A DNA stretch of 64,000 bases from Eledone cirrhosa (taxonomy: Eukaryota). Numbering within the stretch: position 1 is the stretch's first letter; every line of letters starts with the position of its first letter. The stretch covers positions 259,036,001-259,100,000 of the forward strand of contig OZ024740.1 in NCBI GenBank assembly GCA_964016885.1. Reading direction: 5' to 3'. The notes under the pieces were generated by a model. The model had not been told where the DNA came from, searched no databases, and worked only from the letters and a program-made list of their open reading frames with translations. Positions 41,926-56,253 of the stretch are shown in pieces. The translations under genes were made by a program, and so were the position numbers.

Positions 41926-43126
41926 AGAAAAACAAAAATTGCTGAGGTAGACTTCGACTCCAGTGTGTTACTATTTTATCGACTCGTAAGGATGAAAGGT
42001 GAAGCTAACCTCGGCTGGACTTGAACTCAGACAGTAACTATATGCTGCAAAGAATATTGTTCGACGCTGTACCGATACTGGCAATCCAAAGATAAATGTC
42101 AATTGGTTAAACATGCTATTGTGAAGAACTTTCTCTTGCCGCAACAATTTTAAACAATATATTTAAGTATAATAAACATACATTAATCTCTCTGTGAATA
42201 TTTGTACCTGTGTCTGTGTGTATGTCCCGCAACCTAGTGATTTAACAGAAAGGATCGATGAAATAAAACTTGAAAAAATACGCACGGGGATCGATATGAT
42301 CCAATAAACCAAGGCGGTGCTCTAGCATTGTCACAATCAAATGACTGAAACCAACAAAAGAATAAAAGAAAAAAGAAATTATCTATTAAAATATTTTAGA
42401 ATCATGTATCTCTATTACAAAAAATATAAACGATTAATTTATCTCTGTATATCTTGTTCGGTTGTTTTGTGTTTTTTTCTTTTTCAACTATTAGATACTT
42501 CCCCTAGTCTGTCATGGCTTAATAGTTCTATGATGATTAGGATGGTCTCCGTAACTCCTGAGGGAATCATCGAGGTGCTGTATTGACATCCGGTATTTCT
42601 TAAGGGATTCTTTAAAACCTGATGGAGCCCATCTCCTCTGAAGGACTAGCTCTATACGGATGTTTAAATTGATTAAATAAGTAGATAAATAAATATTAGT
42701 GTTTCAAATAATATATTTATGCAAACTTGCCCTCATTCTTCTCCATCAAATTATCCAGCGACTGAGTCACAATTTTTTTCCGGGCAACATTCAGTATTAA
42801 CTGCTAGTATCTGATAAATGTAACAAAGAAACCAAGATAAAGAAGCCATCATCTAGCCGGCTTTGTTGAAAACAATGTAGAAACTATAAACTAGATCATT
42901 AGTTGTTACCGTAAAATGTTACGTTGCAAATGGTTTTGTTACTTACCACTGCTAAACGTGACTAATAAAATATGGAAATTTCAACAAAAATATTATAGCC
43001 ATATTAACCCATTAACAAACAACGGTGTCTATATTAGATTTACACACTTTTGATCTCACCTATGGTTTTACATTAGCGTCAACTTTTAATGAGGTTGCTG
43101 TTGTTGTTGTTGTTGTTGTTGTTTGA

Positions 43127-43163
<37 letters not shown>

Positions 43164-43462
43164 GATGGAGAGATGGGGGTTATGTTGCTGTTGATGGTAG
43201 AGGTGATGGAGGTTGTGTTGCTGTTGTTGCTGTTGCTATTGCTGTTGTTGTTACTGCTGTTATTGGTGGTGGGAACGATGGGGTTGTGTTACTGTTGTTG
43301 TTGGTGGGGAGTTGTATTGCTGTTGTTGTTGATGGGGATGTGATGGGGGTTGTATTGCTGTTGTTGTTGTTGTTGTTGCTGCTGCTGCAATTGCTGTTGT
43401 TGGTGTTGGTGAAAGTGGTGGTGTTATTGGTGTTGGTGTTGGTACATATCTATCTATCTTTA

Positions 43463-43536
<74 letters not shown>

Positions 43537-43550
43537 ACTCTCTCTCTTTC

Positions 43551-43591
<41 letters not shown>

Positions 43592-43944
43592 ATACTATGT
43601 ATATATATAAAGAGAGAGCGAGAGAGAGAGATGTCTACATATGCATATGTATATATGTGCGATTGTGTGCGAAAAACTTAGAATCTCTTTAGTTGGCTAC
43701 AAATCATATTTTACATTACATTTTAAAGAGGAAATGGTGAAGGGCAGTGTATGGCCGTGAGTGGTGGCTGGCCCTGGTTTCGACGTCTCCCTACGGCGCC
43801 AATATTGTCACCGAAAGGAGAATACTAGAATAAACATTCTTAAATTAAATAATAATTCCATATGTAGACAATAATTTTGCCTCATATGGAAATGTATATA
43901 GAAGCGAATATAGCACCTGTGATTAATGACTCCTTCTTTACTGT

Positions 43945-44022
<78 letters not shown>

Positions 44023-44064
44023 CTCCCTCTCTCTCTCTCTCTCTCTTCACTCTCTCTCTCTCTC

Positions 44065-45500
44065 TGCGATCAGAATATTAAACTGAGCACTATTAGACAT
44101 CGCTGAGTTTGTGTGTATTAGGTATTTGGAGACCATAGGTTTAGTATAATGTGAGTGGGAAATTTGGGTGTTCTCGTTTATAGTATGCAACCAGAGTTCA
44201 GTGTTTGGAAGGGTAGTCGATAGTTATTGTGATGCTCTGGTGTTAAACCATGAATTAGCTATTTGCTCGATGCTTTCTATGGTGTTAACTTCTAATTCGG
44301 GTTTATTGGTACTCTCTTGTGGGGGTGTTTTTATAACTACATTAATGTCGTCAACATAAACGAGAATACATGAGGAGGGCTATGGAGTTCTCTTCTTGGC
44401 GTTCTTTGTGTCTCCTTTCTCACCATACCGAAAATAGGTTGGCAATATTACCAACTATGCTGACGCCGATGGCCCTTTACCCTCTACCACATGTGCGATC
44501 ATCTTTTTCACCTGATCATTGTTCTCGCGTGTCCGTATGGCTTTGGTCCATCTGTTCTGTCTTCTTATGGGAGTCTTTTTTGTCATTGAAGTTATGGTGA
44601 GGGGTCTACCTCTTATTTGTGTGCCGAGGCAGAAACTGCTAAGGTCATGATTGTCTAGATAATCTCTGTCACATGTAACAGAGATTACAGAAAGTAGAAA
44701 ACCGAGTTCGCCCGTGTCAATGTCACAGAACTCCACTTCACTCTCACTGATTATTTCCACATATATTTCCACAGTAAAACCAACGTCAATGGATGCGTAC
44801 AGGGATATTACATCCATGATGCTCATTATGCAGTTTGTCAGGTCTTCGGTGTAGATGAAATCATTGAATCTGCTGAAGACGTCCTCTGTGCTGTCACACA
44901 CATCTAGGGACATCTTAATTATGGGGCGCACAACTCATAGGGAGGAAGTAGAAGAGCCTGTAGTTGTTAGCTATATTGGTTCCACATACAAGTCTTGTTG
45001 GTGGTCTTGTCGAAGGGTAGCTAGCTATTTTTATGCCCCTTGCGGAGCCCATACAGGGGTGGTATATCGTTGTTAGAGGCTTGGAAGTTATCAGCTGTAC
45101 GTCAAATTGGGTCTTAGGATGTCAGTCCACACCATCATGTGAGCATTGGAGGATCCTTTCTCTTTCCTCGTGTGTTTGTAATGTTGTTTCGTTCATGTTG
45201 ACGAGGTGAGGGTTGCATAGCTTTGATGTAGTTCGGCATGCTGCCCATTGACATTCAACCGGAATTTTCTGTAGGTAAATACACTACATCACCTTTCCTT
45301 GTGCGCTGCATGAGGTTTAGTAGGCCCTCTGCAGATTTTCGGCCAAGTTGTTGGACCTCTGCTCTGTTCTGTCTCCTTGTTCCATTATCTAAGTTTATCC
45401 TTGGCTATGGTCAACTGTGCTTCTGTTTTGTCGTCTATCTGTTGTGGTATACAGACTGTTTTATGAAACAGCAATTCAGTGGGGTAAATTTTGTTCATAC
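44065..45500 (-). mobile_element. Decayed PLE RT region related to the 58261-64000 family (second copy 50015-51400)
   Basis: RPIIKMSLDVCDSTED...SIMDVISLYASIDV...; YVDD readable at ~44345-44360; frameshifts. Confidence 0.85.
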
Positions 45501-46235
45501 TGAATGTTTTGTCAGAATGAGTTACATAGTCAACGTATCGGGCATTTTCCCTTCATTAGGGAAATCACAAAGGAAAATAGCACAGAAAATAAAGTTGAAA
45601 AATAAAATTAGAATGAAAAATAAAAAATAAAAATACGAAAAGAAGAGCAGGCAGTAGAGATGTGTGTGTGTAGGTGGGGGTGCATATTTTGATGCATTTA
45701 CACGTGTGTGGGTAATAACTTACGCGCGTGACTCGTATATATATGTGCGCGTTTGTATGCTTGTATGTGTGTTTGGGCAGACATGTGTGGTTGCTGGTGT
45801 GTAGTGTGTGGTCGCATGAATATGTGCATGCGTGTGTTCGTGCGTTTGCGCATATGCGTGCTTTTGCACGTATGCGTGCGTTTGCACGTGTGCATGTGTG
45901 CGCACGTGTGCCAGTGTGTGTGTACGTATGTAGAGGGGTTGGTTTTCATGTCTGCTAGGGTCCGAGATTGGTAGAATCCATGTCGGTTTGATTCCAGGTT
46001 GGTAAATCCGAAGTACGGAATGGCCATAGTAAAATAAAAATTAAAAAATGTTCAGTAGTTGCAGGGTGTGTGGCGGGGTAGGCGAGATGGGGGGGGGGGG
46101 GACAAATTTCTAAGAACGAACTATGGGTTGTGATGTTATATTCAGCGGTCAGATAGTGTGTAGGGGACAAAGGTTGAAAGAGTGTGTGGGTGGATGAGGG
46201 AAAAATGTCGAGGTGACCAAGTGTGTACGCGCAGA

Positions 46236-46316
<81 letters not shown>

Positions 46317-46534
46317 GGATTGAGAAGGATGAGGCTGCGTGGTTACTGATAACGAGTATTAGAAAATGGAACACAAACAAGAGATAGATATTCTCCCTTC
46401 ATCAGTTGTTACATATGTTTCAGCGCATTATAGACAATACAATCTATCCGTAGCGCGCCCATAACTTATTATCAACAAGTTATGAGGAAAGATGAGACGA
46501 AAAGAGGCGATAGCGGTGAGAGAGAAAAAGAAAG

Positions 46535-46618
<84 letters not shown>

Positions 46619-47164
46619 AATAGAGAAAAAACAACATAGCGATAGAAGGGGGGAAACACAGAACAAGGCACATGTAAGTAACCGAGGGGAGAGGGAGGAC
46701 GAAGTTAAAAAAAGCCAGTTGGGTTTTAGCCCAGGGGGTTTATTAACAGTCAGAGAGCAAGAGAACACGGCTATTCTCGGTGAGAACGGCGTAAAGAGAG
46801 AGAGAGAGAGAGAGAGAAACGAAGGAAACGGAAGTGGAAAGGGGGCACTACTATATATATATATATTTCAGACGTCTCTTTTGAGCTCCTCTGTCTTCGT
46901 GAAACCTTTAGTAAATGGAATAACTGTCTTACGTTGTTTATTACATAATTATATCTAATATATATTTGTGAAATGGGTGGTGGTTGAAATTCGATGTGCA
47001 CGGTTAAATGGTAGTAGACGTGGTCGGACTGACATGAAAATTTACACACCTATGTAAAAAGTGCCAAGGAAGCAAATCTCTAACTTGAAAAATGTGGTCC
47101 CTGGGGGCCCAAAACTATCGAGTTTAAGAATGATGTAAATAAAATTGAAAACGAAAATGACAGA

Positions 47165-47778
47165 GGTTATTAAAAATAGTAAAAGTAAATAGTGAAGATT
47201 TAAGCCAGTACATACGTATGCCCCGACGGACAAACACATACATACGCACACACAAATACATACCCCCCCCCCCCCAACCCCCCCCCCCCCCACCCCACAC
47301 ACACACACGCACACACACGAACGCACGCGCGTATGTATAAACCTTATGCATTTCTACAGTATTTTCACCAAACTTAAGACAGGTTACTTATATACTCCGG
47401 ATGGTCATGGGAACTTTCATTTTTCCAGATATTGATTATAGCCCCCCCCCCCCCCAGCAGATAACCCCTTAAGCACTTTAACCACTTCCTTGGAGTCGAC
47501 TGAGTCGCAATGCAATGCAACAAAACGTCATAACTTCTGGAGTTCCGCAACCGATTTTCACAAAACTGGACACATGGGCTACGTTTGTCCTACAGATGAA
47601 TGTGAACTCTCAGAATTGGCACATATTGGGTAGAGGACCTCTGGTGGCAGGAACCCCCTTTTGGAAAAAGCCGATGATTTTGTAAAAGTATAGTTTTCGA
47701 AGCAGCACTGAAGTATTGACATAAATGGTATACACAATTGCTATTTAATATCCGAGCAACGCCGGGTACCTCTGCTAG
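47165..47778 (+). mobile_element. Non-autonomous Helitron-like element (5' boundary uncertain); counterpart ends at 53372
   Basis: 3' ccgagcaacgccggg hairpin-like motif then CTAG|T. Confidence 0.55.
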
Positions 47779-47902
47779 TATATATATATATATATATATG
47801 ATGTTATTGTGTAGCACTTCACTATTTTCACTCTTAATAATGAATAAATAATAATTTCTTATCCTTAGCTTCTTACATTATTTTATTTATATATATATAT
47901 AT

Positions 47903-48975
47903 ATTGTTATACTTTGGGAGAGTCATTCTGCCAATAAAATCACACCCAACTGTTGGTTTTCACTTCAATTTATTATAAATTTCTGGTTGGTTGGTTGATT
48001 CGATAACCGGATGGTTGTTTATATATTGTCAAAACTCTTTGGTCACACATTCAATGACCTCCTCAGTGACTGGGTTTTTATTTTGTATCTCTCCTTTCTT
48101 CTGTCCTAGACCATCTTGTTTTTATGTGTTGTGTGCTTGGTTTGCGCATGCGTTATATCTGGGTGCGTGTGTTTATTTATTTATTTATTTATTTATATGT
48201 TTATTAAGGTCACTAGTTGGTTGTTTGTTCTATCTGTGTGTTTCTGGTTTGTTTTATTAGTTGGTTTTTGTGTGTGTGTCTGTATGTCTTCCTTTTGTCC
48301 TTAATTATTAGTTGTGATGTTGCTATTCCACTCATGTTTTCTGTTTAATTTTGGTTTGAGTTCGTTTATGATTGTCGCTTCTGTGATTTGCCTGAGCATT
48401 GCATCTTTTCTGTGTGTAGATATAATTTTTTATCTCTATGTTCTCCAGTGTGTCCTATGTTCTATTTTGGCATGTTGGTGAGTTTTTCCTATCTTGGAGT
48501 TCTCACACATGGTATGACATCAATAAATACCAGAGTGTAATGTTCGTCAATATAACCATTATAGGCGAACTAGCTTACAATTTAGAAGGGCCCTAGACAA
48601 GTTCAAATTAAATATTAAGATAGTTGAAAGACCAGGTAGTCCCATAAAACCCGAAATTAGTAAAATATATCCATTTCAAAGAATCCCCTGCACTGATAGA
48701 AAATGCATAGTCTGCAAGCTAAGGCTGAAAACTAACTGCAAAACTAGAAACGTAGTATATAGTATAAGATGTACAGAGAGACAGTGTAGAATAAGAACAC
48801 AACATACATAGGTGAAACATCCTGTAGTATAGGAGAGAGAATTAATGAACACTGGCGAGAACTCATCAGTACTCCAGATGGAAAACATCACCCAAAATGG
48901 AACATAGGGGCACACTGGAGAACATAAAAATTAAAATTATATCCAGTAATCGGCTTCAGTACAAGGCATTTATGT
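47903..48975. mobile_element. Family B-related PLE 3' end (minus, 47903-~48500) joined to an inverted GIY-YIG fragment (plus, ~48505-48975); counterpart 53536-54615
   Basis: CTDRKCIVCK...CKTRNVVYSIRC...TYIGETSCSIGERINEH; HHR relic 48028-48070 (gtca-CTGAGGA-g-gtca/tgac-cAAA-gagt-TT-tgac). Confidence 0.82.
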
Positions 48976-49029
48976 GAAGGCACCAAACTTAGTGTTTCGA
49001 GTGTTCAGTTCGCAATCGTAACGTCCTGA

Positions 49030-49814
49030 TTTCAATTCACAGAGTTCAACCAGCTCACTGTACCACCCTGGCTTTCCTGTCGAATGCCTCCACCATCTTT
49101 ACTAACACCCTTTCCCTGCACCACAAGATGAGTTTTGTGACAGTAAAAAGTACATGTGATATTTTCCATCCAGGTCAACTGAGACCTCTTAGGTCCCATT
49201 TTGGGGTCAATCTAATTTTTCCATACAAAACTTCATCTTACCCTTCTCCACTACTTGCCACCACGTGTATCTGTTCCTCAGGCCTATAGGACAACTAGGC
49301 TGTATGAGCTCATCGTCCTAACTTTTCCGCATTAGCACAGGCCACTCTCTTCTACTTTCCAACGTTTTAGGTTTGTAGGACTAAGAATCATGTCATATAC
49401 GGGCCGAACTAGAAAACTGGTTCCGGCTGGCTCCCATGACCAAACTTCAGTCCACCCGATCGTTTTCTTCACCACAAACTCCTGCCAAGCAACACACTAT
49501 ACCTGTTGACCACATTGCACTAAGACTGTATCGCGATTTCTCACTTTCTCCTTCTTTTCTTTGCTGACTACCGCGCCTCTTCTCTTCTTTTGATTCATGA
49601 CGTATTACGGCCTGAATTTAGAACTTCTAAGGCCCTCTCTATTGGTCTGAAGGGCACCTACTATATCTTGACATCCTAGAGAGGTTGCAAACTATTCTGT
49701 TGCCCCGATGTTATCCTTATTGCTCACTGTATTGAGTCCATGTGGGAGTAACGGATAAAACGATCATTTGAATGGCGCAAAGCCATTACAGCCCGCACTT
49801 TACCACTCTTGTAC
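49030..49814 (-). mobile_element. Decayed HERO-like RLE non-LTR fragment (counterpart ~54670-55550)
   Basis: Manual translation QDIVGALQTNREGL...WQEFVVKKTIGWTEVWSWEPAGTSFLVRPVYDMILSPTNLKRWKVEESGLC*CGK...CPIGLRNRYTW; not in ORF track. Confidence 0.7.
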
Positions 49815-50014
49815 NNNNNNNNNNNNNNNNNNNNNNNNNNNNNNNNNNNNNNNNNNNNNNNNNNNNNNNNNNNNNNNNNNNNNNNNNNNNNNNNNNNNNN
49901 NNNNNNNNNNNNNNNNNNNNNNNNNNNNNNNNNNNNNNNNNNNNNNNNNNNNNNNNNNNNNNNNNNNNNNNNNNNNNNNNNNNNNNNNNNNNNNNNNNNN
50001 NNNNNNNNNNNNNN
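49815..50014. other. Scaffold gap (200 N)
   Basis: Run of N. Confidence 1.
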
Positions 50015-52155
50015 GTATTAGGTATTTGGAGACCATAGGTTTAGTATAATGTGAGTGGGGAATTTGGGTGTTCTCGTTTATAGTATGCAACCAGAGTTCA
50101 GTGTTTGGAAGGGTAGTCGATAGTTATTGTGATGCTCTGGTGTTAAACCATGAATTAGCTATTTGCTCGATGCTTTCTATGGTGTTAACTTCTAATTCGG
50201 GTTTATTGGTACTCTCTTGTGGGGGTGTTTTTATAACTACATTAATGTCGTCTACATAACGAGAATACATGAGGAGGGCTATGGAGTTCTCTTCTTGGCG
50301 TTCTTTGTGTCTCCTTTCTCACCATACCGAAAATAGGTTGGCAATATTACCAACTATGCTGACGCCGATGGCCCTTTAGCCTCTACCACATGTGCGATCA
50401 TCTTTTTCACCTGATCATTGTTCTCGCGTGTCCGTATGGCTTTGGTCCATCTGTTCTGTCTTCTTATGGGAGTCTTTTTTGTCATTGAAGTTATGGTGAG
50501 GGGTCTACCTCTTATTTGTGTGCCGAGGCAGAAACTGCTAAGGTCATGATTGTCTAGATAATCTCTGTCACATGTAACAGAGATTACAGAAAGTAGAAAA
50601 CCGAGTTCGCCCGTGTCAATGTCACAGAACTCCACTTCACTCTCACTGATTATTTCCACATATATTTCCACAGTAAAACCAACGTCAATGGATGCGTACA
50701 GGGATATTACATCCATGATGCTCATTATGCAGTTTGTCAGGTCTTCGGTGTAGATGAAATCATTGATTCTGCTGAAGACGTCCTCTGTGCTGTCACACAC
50801 ATCTAGGGACATCTTAATTATGGGGCGCACACTCATAGGGAGGAAGTAGAAGAGCCTGTAGTTGTTAGCTATATTGGTTCCACATACAAGTCTTGTTGGT
50901 GGTCTTGTCGAAGGGTAGCTAGCTATTTTATGCCCCTTGCGGAGCCCATACAGGGGTGGTATATCGTTGTTAGAGGCTTGGAAGTTATCAGCTGTACGTC
51001 AAATTGGTCTTAGGATGTCAGTCCACACCATCATGTGAGCATTGAGGATCCTTTCTCTTTCCTCGTGTGTTTGTAATGTTGTTTCGTTCATGTTGACGAG
51101 GTGAGAGGGTTGCATAGCTTTGATGTAGTTCGGCATGCTGCCCATTGACATTCAACCGGAATTTTCTGTAGGTAAATACACTACATCACCTTTCCTTGTG
51201 CGCTGCATGAGGTTTCGTAGGCCCTCTGCAGATTTTCGGCCAAGTTGTTGGACCTCTGCTCTGTTCTCTCTCCTTGTTCCATTATCTAAGTTTATTCCTG
51301 GCTATGGTCAACTGTGCTTCTGTTTTGTCGTCTATCTGTTGTGGTATACAGACTGTTTTATGAAACAGCAATTCAGTGGGGTAAATTTTGTTCATACTGA
51401 ATGTTTTGTCAGAATGAGTTACATAGTCAACGTATCGGGCATTTTCCCTTCATTAGGGAAATCACAAAAGGAAAATAGCACAGAAAATAAAGTTGAAAAA
51501 TAAAATTAGAATGAAAAATAAAAAATAAAAATACAAAAAGAAGAGCAGGCAGTAGAGATGTGTGTGTGTAGGTGGGGGTGCATATTTTGATGCATTTGCA
51601 CGTGTGTGGGTAATAACTTACGCGCGTGACTCGTATATATATGTGCGCGTTTGTATGCTTGTATGTGTGTTTGGCAGACATGTGTGGTTGCTGGTGTGTA
51701 GTGTGTGGTCGCATGAATATGTGCATGCGTGTGTTCGTGCGTTTGCGCATATGCGTGCTTTTGCACGTATGCGTGCGTTTGCACGTGTGCATGTGTGCGC
51801 ACGTGTGCGCACGTGTGCGCACGTGTGCCAGTGTGTGTGTACGTATGTAGAGGGGTTGGTTTTCATGTCTGCTAGGGTCCGAGATTGGTAGAATCCATGT
51901 CGGTTTGATTCCAGGTTGGTAAATCCGAAGTACGGAATGGCCATAGTAAAATAAAAATAAAAAAAATGTATCAGTAGTTGCAGGGTATGTGGCGGGGTAG
52001 GCGAGACGGGGGGGGGGACAAATTTCTAAGAACGAACTATGGGTTGTGATGTTATATTCAGCGGTCAGATAGTGTGTAGGGGACAAAGGTTGAAAGAGTG
52101 TGTGGTGGATGAGGGAAAATGTCGAGGTGACCAAGTGTGTACGCGCAGATATACA

Positions 52156-52208
<53 letters not shown>

Positions 52209-52425
52209 GGATTGAGAAGGATGAGGCTGCGTGGTTACTGATAACGAGTATTAGAAAATGGAACACAAACAAGAGATAGATATTCTCCCTTCATCAGTTG
52301 TTACATATGTTTCAGCGCATTATAGACAATACATCTATCCGTAGCGCGCCCATAACTTATTATCAACAAGTTATGAGGGAAAGATGAGACGAAAAAGAGG
52401 CGATAGCGGTGAGAAAGAAAAAGAA

Positions 52426-52510
<85 letters not shown>

Positions 52511-53371
52511 AATAGAGAAAAAACAACATACCGATAGAAGGGGGAAACACAGAACAAGGCACATGTAAGTAACCGAGGGGAGAGGGAGGACGAAGTTAAA
52601 AAAAGCCAGTTGGGTTTTAGCCCAGGGGGTTTATTAACAGTCAGAGAGCAAGAGAACACGTCTATTCTCGGTGAGAACGGCGTAAAGAGAGAGAGAGAGA
52701 AACGAAGGAAACGGAAGTGGAAAGGGGGCACTACTATATATATATATATATTTCAGACGTCTCTTTTGAGCTCCTCTGTCTTCGTGAAACCTTTAGTAAA
52801 TGGAATAACTGTCTTACGTTGTTTATTACATAATTATATCTAATATATATTTGTGAAATGGGTGGTGGTTGAAATTCAGATGTGCACGGTTAAATGGTAG
52901 TAGACGTGGTCGGACTGACATGAAAATTTACACACCTATGTAAAAAGTGCCAAGGAAGCAAATCTCTAACTTGAAAAATGTGGTCCCTGGGGGCCCAAAA
53001 CTATCGAGTTTAAGAATGATGTAAATAAAATTGAAAACGAAAATGACAGAGGTTATTAAAATAGTAAAAGTAAATAGTGAAGATTTAGGCCAGTACATAC
53101 GTATGCCCCGACGGACATACACATACATACGCACACACAAATACATACCCCCCACAAAACTGGACACATGGGCTACGTTTGTCCTACAGATGAATCTGAA
53201 CTCTCAGAATTGGCACATATTGGGTAGAGGACCTCTGGTGGCAGGAACCCCCTTTTGGAAAAAGCCGATGATTTTGTAAAAGTATAGTTTTCGAAGCAGC
53301 ACTGAAGTATTGACATAAATGGTATACACAATTGCTATTTAATATCCGAGCAACGCCGGGTACCTCTGCTA

Positions 53372-53439
<68 letters not shown>

Positions 53440-55452
53440 TTATTGTGTAGCACTTCACTATTTTCACTCTTAATAATGAATAAATAATAATTTCTTATCC
53501 TTAGCTTTCTTACATTATTTTATTTATATATATATATTGTTATACTTTGGGAGAGTCATTCTGCCAATAAAATCACACCCAACTGTTGGTTTTCACTTCA
53601 ATTTATTATAAATTTCTGGTTGGTTGGTTGATTCGATAACCGGATGGTTGTTTATATATTGTCAAAACTCTTTGGTCACACATTCAATGACCTCCTCAGT
53701 GACTGGGTTTTTATTTTGTATCTCTCCTTTCTTCTGTCCTACACCATCTTGTTTTTATGTGTTGTGTGCTTGGTTTGCGCATGCGTTATATCTGGGTGCG
53801 TGTGTTTATTTATTTATTTATTTATTTATATGTTTATTAATGGTCACTAGTTGGTTGTTTGTTCTATCTGTGTGTTTCTGGTTTGTTTTATTAGTTTGGT
53901 TTTTGTGTGTGTGTCTGTATGTCTTCCTTTTGTCCTTAATTATTAGTTGTGATGTTGCTATTCCACTCATGTTTTCTGTTTAATTTTGGTTTGAGTTCGT
54001 TTATGATTGTCGCTTCTGTGATTTGCCTGAGCATTGCATCTTTTCTGTGTGTAGATATAATTTTTTATCTCTATGTTCTCCAGTGTGTCCTATGTTCTAT
54101 TTTGGTATGTTGGTGAGTTTTTCCTATCTTGGAGTTCTCACACATGGTATGACATCAATAAATACCAGAGTGTAATGTTCGTCAATATAACCATTACAGG
54201 CGAACTAGCTTACAAATTTAGAAGGGCCCTAGACAAGTTCAAATTAAATATTAAGATAGTTGAAAGACCAGGTAGTCCCATAAAACCCCAAATTAGTAAA
54301 ATATATCCATTTCAAAGAATCCCCTGCACTGATAGAAAATGCATAGTCTGCAAGCTAAGGCTGAAAACTAACTGCAAAACTAGAAACGTAGTATATAGTA
54401 TAAGATGTACAGAGAGACAGTGTAGGAATAAGAACACAACATACATAGGTGAAACATCCTGTAGTATAGGAGAGAGAATTAATGAACACTGGCGAGAACT
54501 CATCAGTACTCCAGATGGGAAAACCTCACCCAAAATGGAACATAGAGGCACACTGGAGAACATAAAAATTAAAATTATATCCAGTAATCGGCTTCAGTAC
54601 AAGGCATTTATGTGAAGGCACCAAACTTAGTGTTTCGAGCGTTCAGTTCGCAATCGTAACGTCCTGATTTCAATTCACAGAGTTCAACCAGCTCACTGTA
54701 CCACCCTGGCTTTCCTGTCGAATGCCTCCACCATCTTTACTAACACCCTTTCCCTGCACCACAAGATGAGTTTTGTGACAGTAAAAAGTACATGTGATAT
54801 TTTCCATCCAGGTCAACTGAGACCTCTTAGGTCCCATTTTGGGGTCAATCTAATTTTTCCATACAAAACTTCATCTTACCCTTCTCCACTACTTGCCACC
54901 ACGTGTATCTGTTCCTCAGGCCTATAGGACAACTAGGCTGTATGAGCTCATCGTCCTAACTTTTCCGCATTAGCACAGGCCACTCTCTTCTACTTTCCAA
55001 CGTTTTAGGTTTGTAGGACTAAGAATCATGTCATATACGGGCCGAACTAGAAAACTGGTTCCGGCTGGCTCCCATGACCAAACTTCAGTCCACCCGATCG
55101 TTTTCTTCACCACAAACTCCTGCCAAGCAACACACTATACCTGTCGACCACATTGCACTAAGACTGTATCGCGATTTCTCACTTTCTCCTTCTTTTCTTT
55201 GCTGACTACCGCGCCTCTTCTCTTCTTTTGATTCATGACGTATTACGGCCTGAATTTAGAACTTCTAAGGCCCTCTCTATTGGTCTGAAGGGCACCTACT
55301 ATATCTTGACATCCTAGAGAGGTTGCAAACTATTCTGTTGCCCCGATGTTATCCTTATTGCTCACTGTATTGAGTCCATGTGGGAGTAACGGATAAAACG
55401 ATCATTTGAATGGCGCAAAGCCATTACAGCCCGCACTTTACCACTCTTGTAC
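50015..55452 (+). repeat. Direct duplication, copy 2 (5.4 kb), starting at the gap
   Basis: Colinear with 44115-49814; differs by SNPs, microsatellite lengths and a ~290-bp deletion near 53155. Confidence 0.95.
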
Positions 55453-55914
55453 TGCTCCAACTCTATTCTTGTGCAGTCAAGCTAATGCGGATATTGATAT
55501 TTCCACATTTCCGCTCAACCGTATTATAATTCACTTCTTTTTGTCTGCTTTTCACGTCATCGGTGGATTGGAATATTCGTTAAAGCATCGGAGAAATGCT
55601 TAGTAGTGTTTATTCCGGCATTTGACATTCTTATTTCGAATGCCATTGAGCACATCTTAGCCTTTCACCCATCGCAATTCAATACAATATAATACCAGTA
55701 ATGTACTGCGGTAGGCATAGTAGAATTACCTCTCCTCTCACCAAATTTTCTGGCCTTGTCCCTAAATTAGAAATCATTTAATATCCATTTTCATGCTGGT
55801 AACGGTTAGACATATGTGTATGTATGTCTGTGTATTTGTAATTGCGTATTTCAGTGATCTTTTCAAAATAATCTCAGTCAATCTTTCTTAACAATACAAA
55901 TATAACATATGTGG

Positions 55915-55986
<72 letters not shown>

Positions 55987-56006
55987 CCACATATGTTAAG
56001 AAAGAT

Positions 56007-56090
<84 letters not shown>

Positions 56091-56097
56091 GTATTGA

Positions 56098-56253
<156 letters not shown>

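Larger units (their letters stand above)
44115..49814 (+). repeat. Direct duplication, copy 1 (5.7 kb), ending at the assembly gap
   Basis: Sequence from 44115 recurs from 50015; 49814 corresponds to 55452. Confidence 0.95.

Noticed and set aside
49768-50090. ORFs spanning X residues
   Set aside because: Artefacts of the N gap
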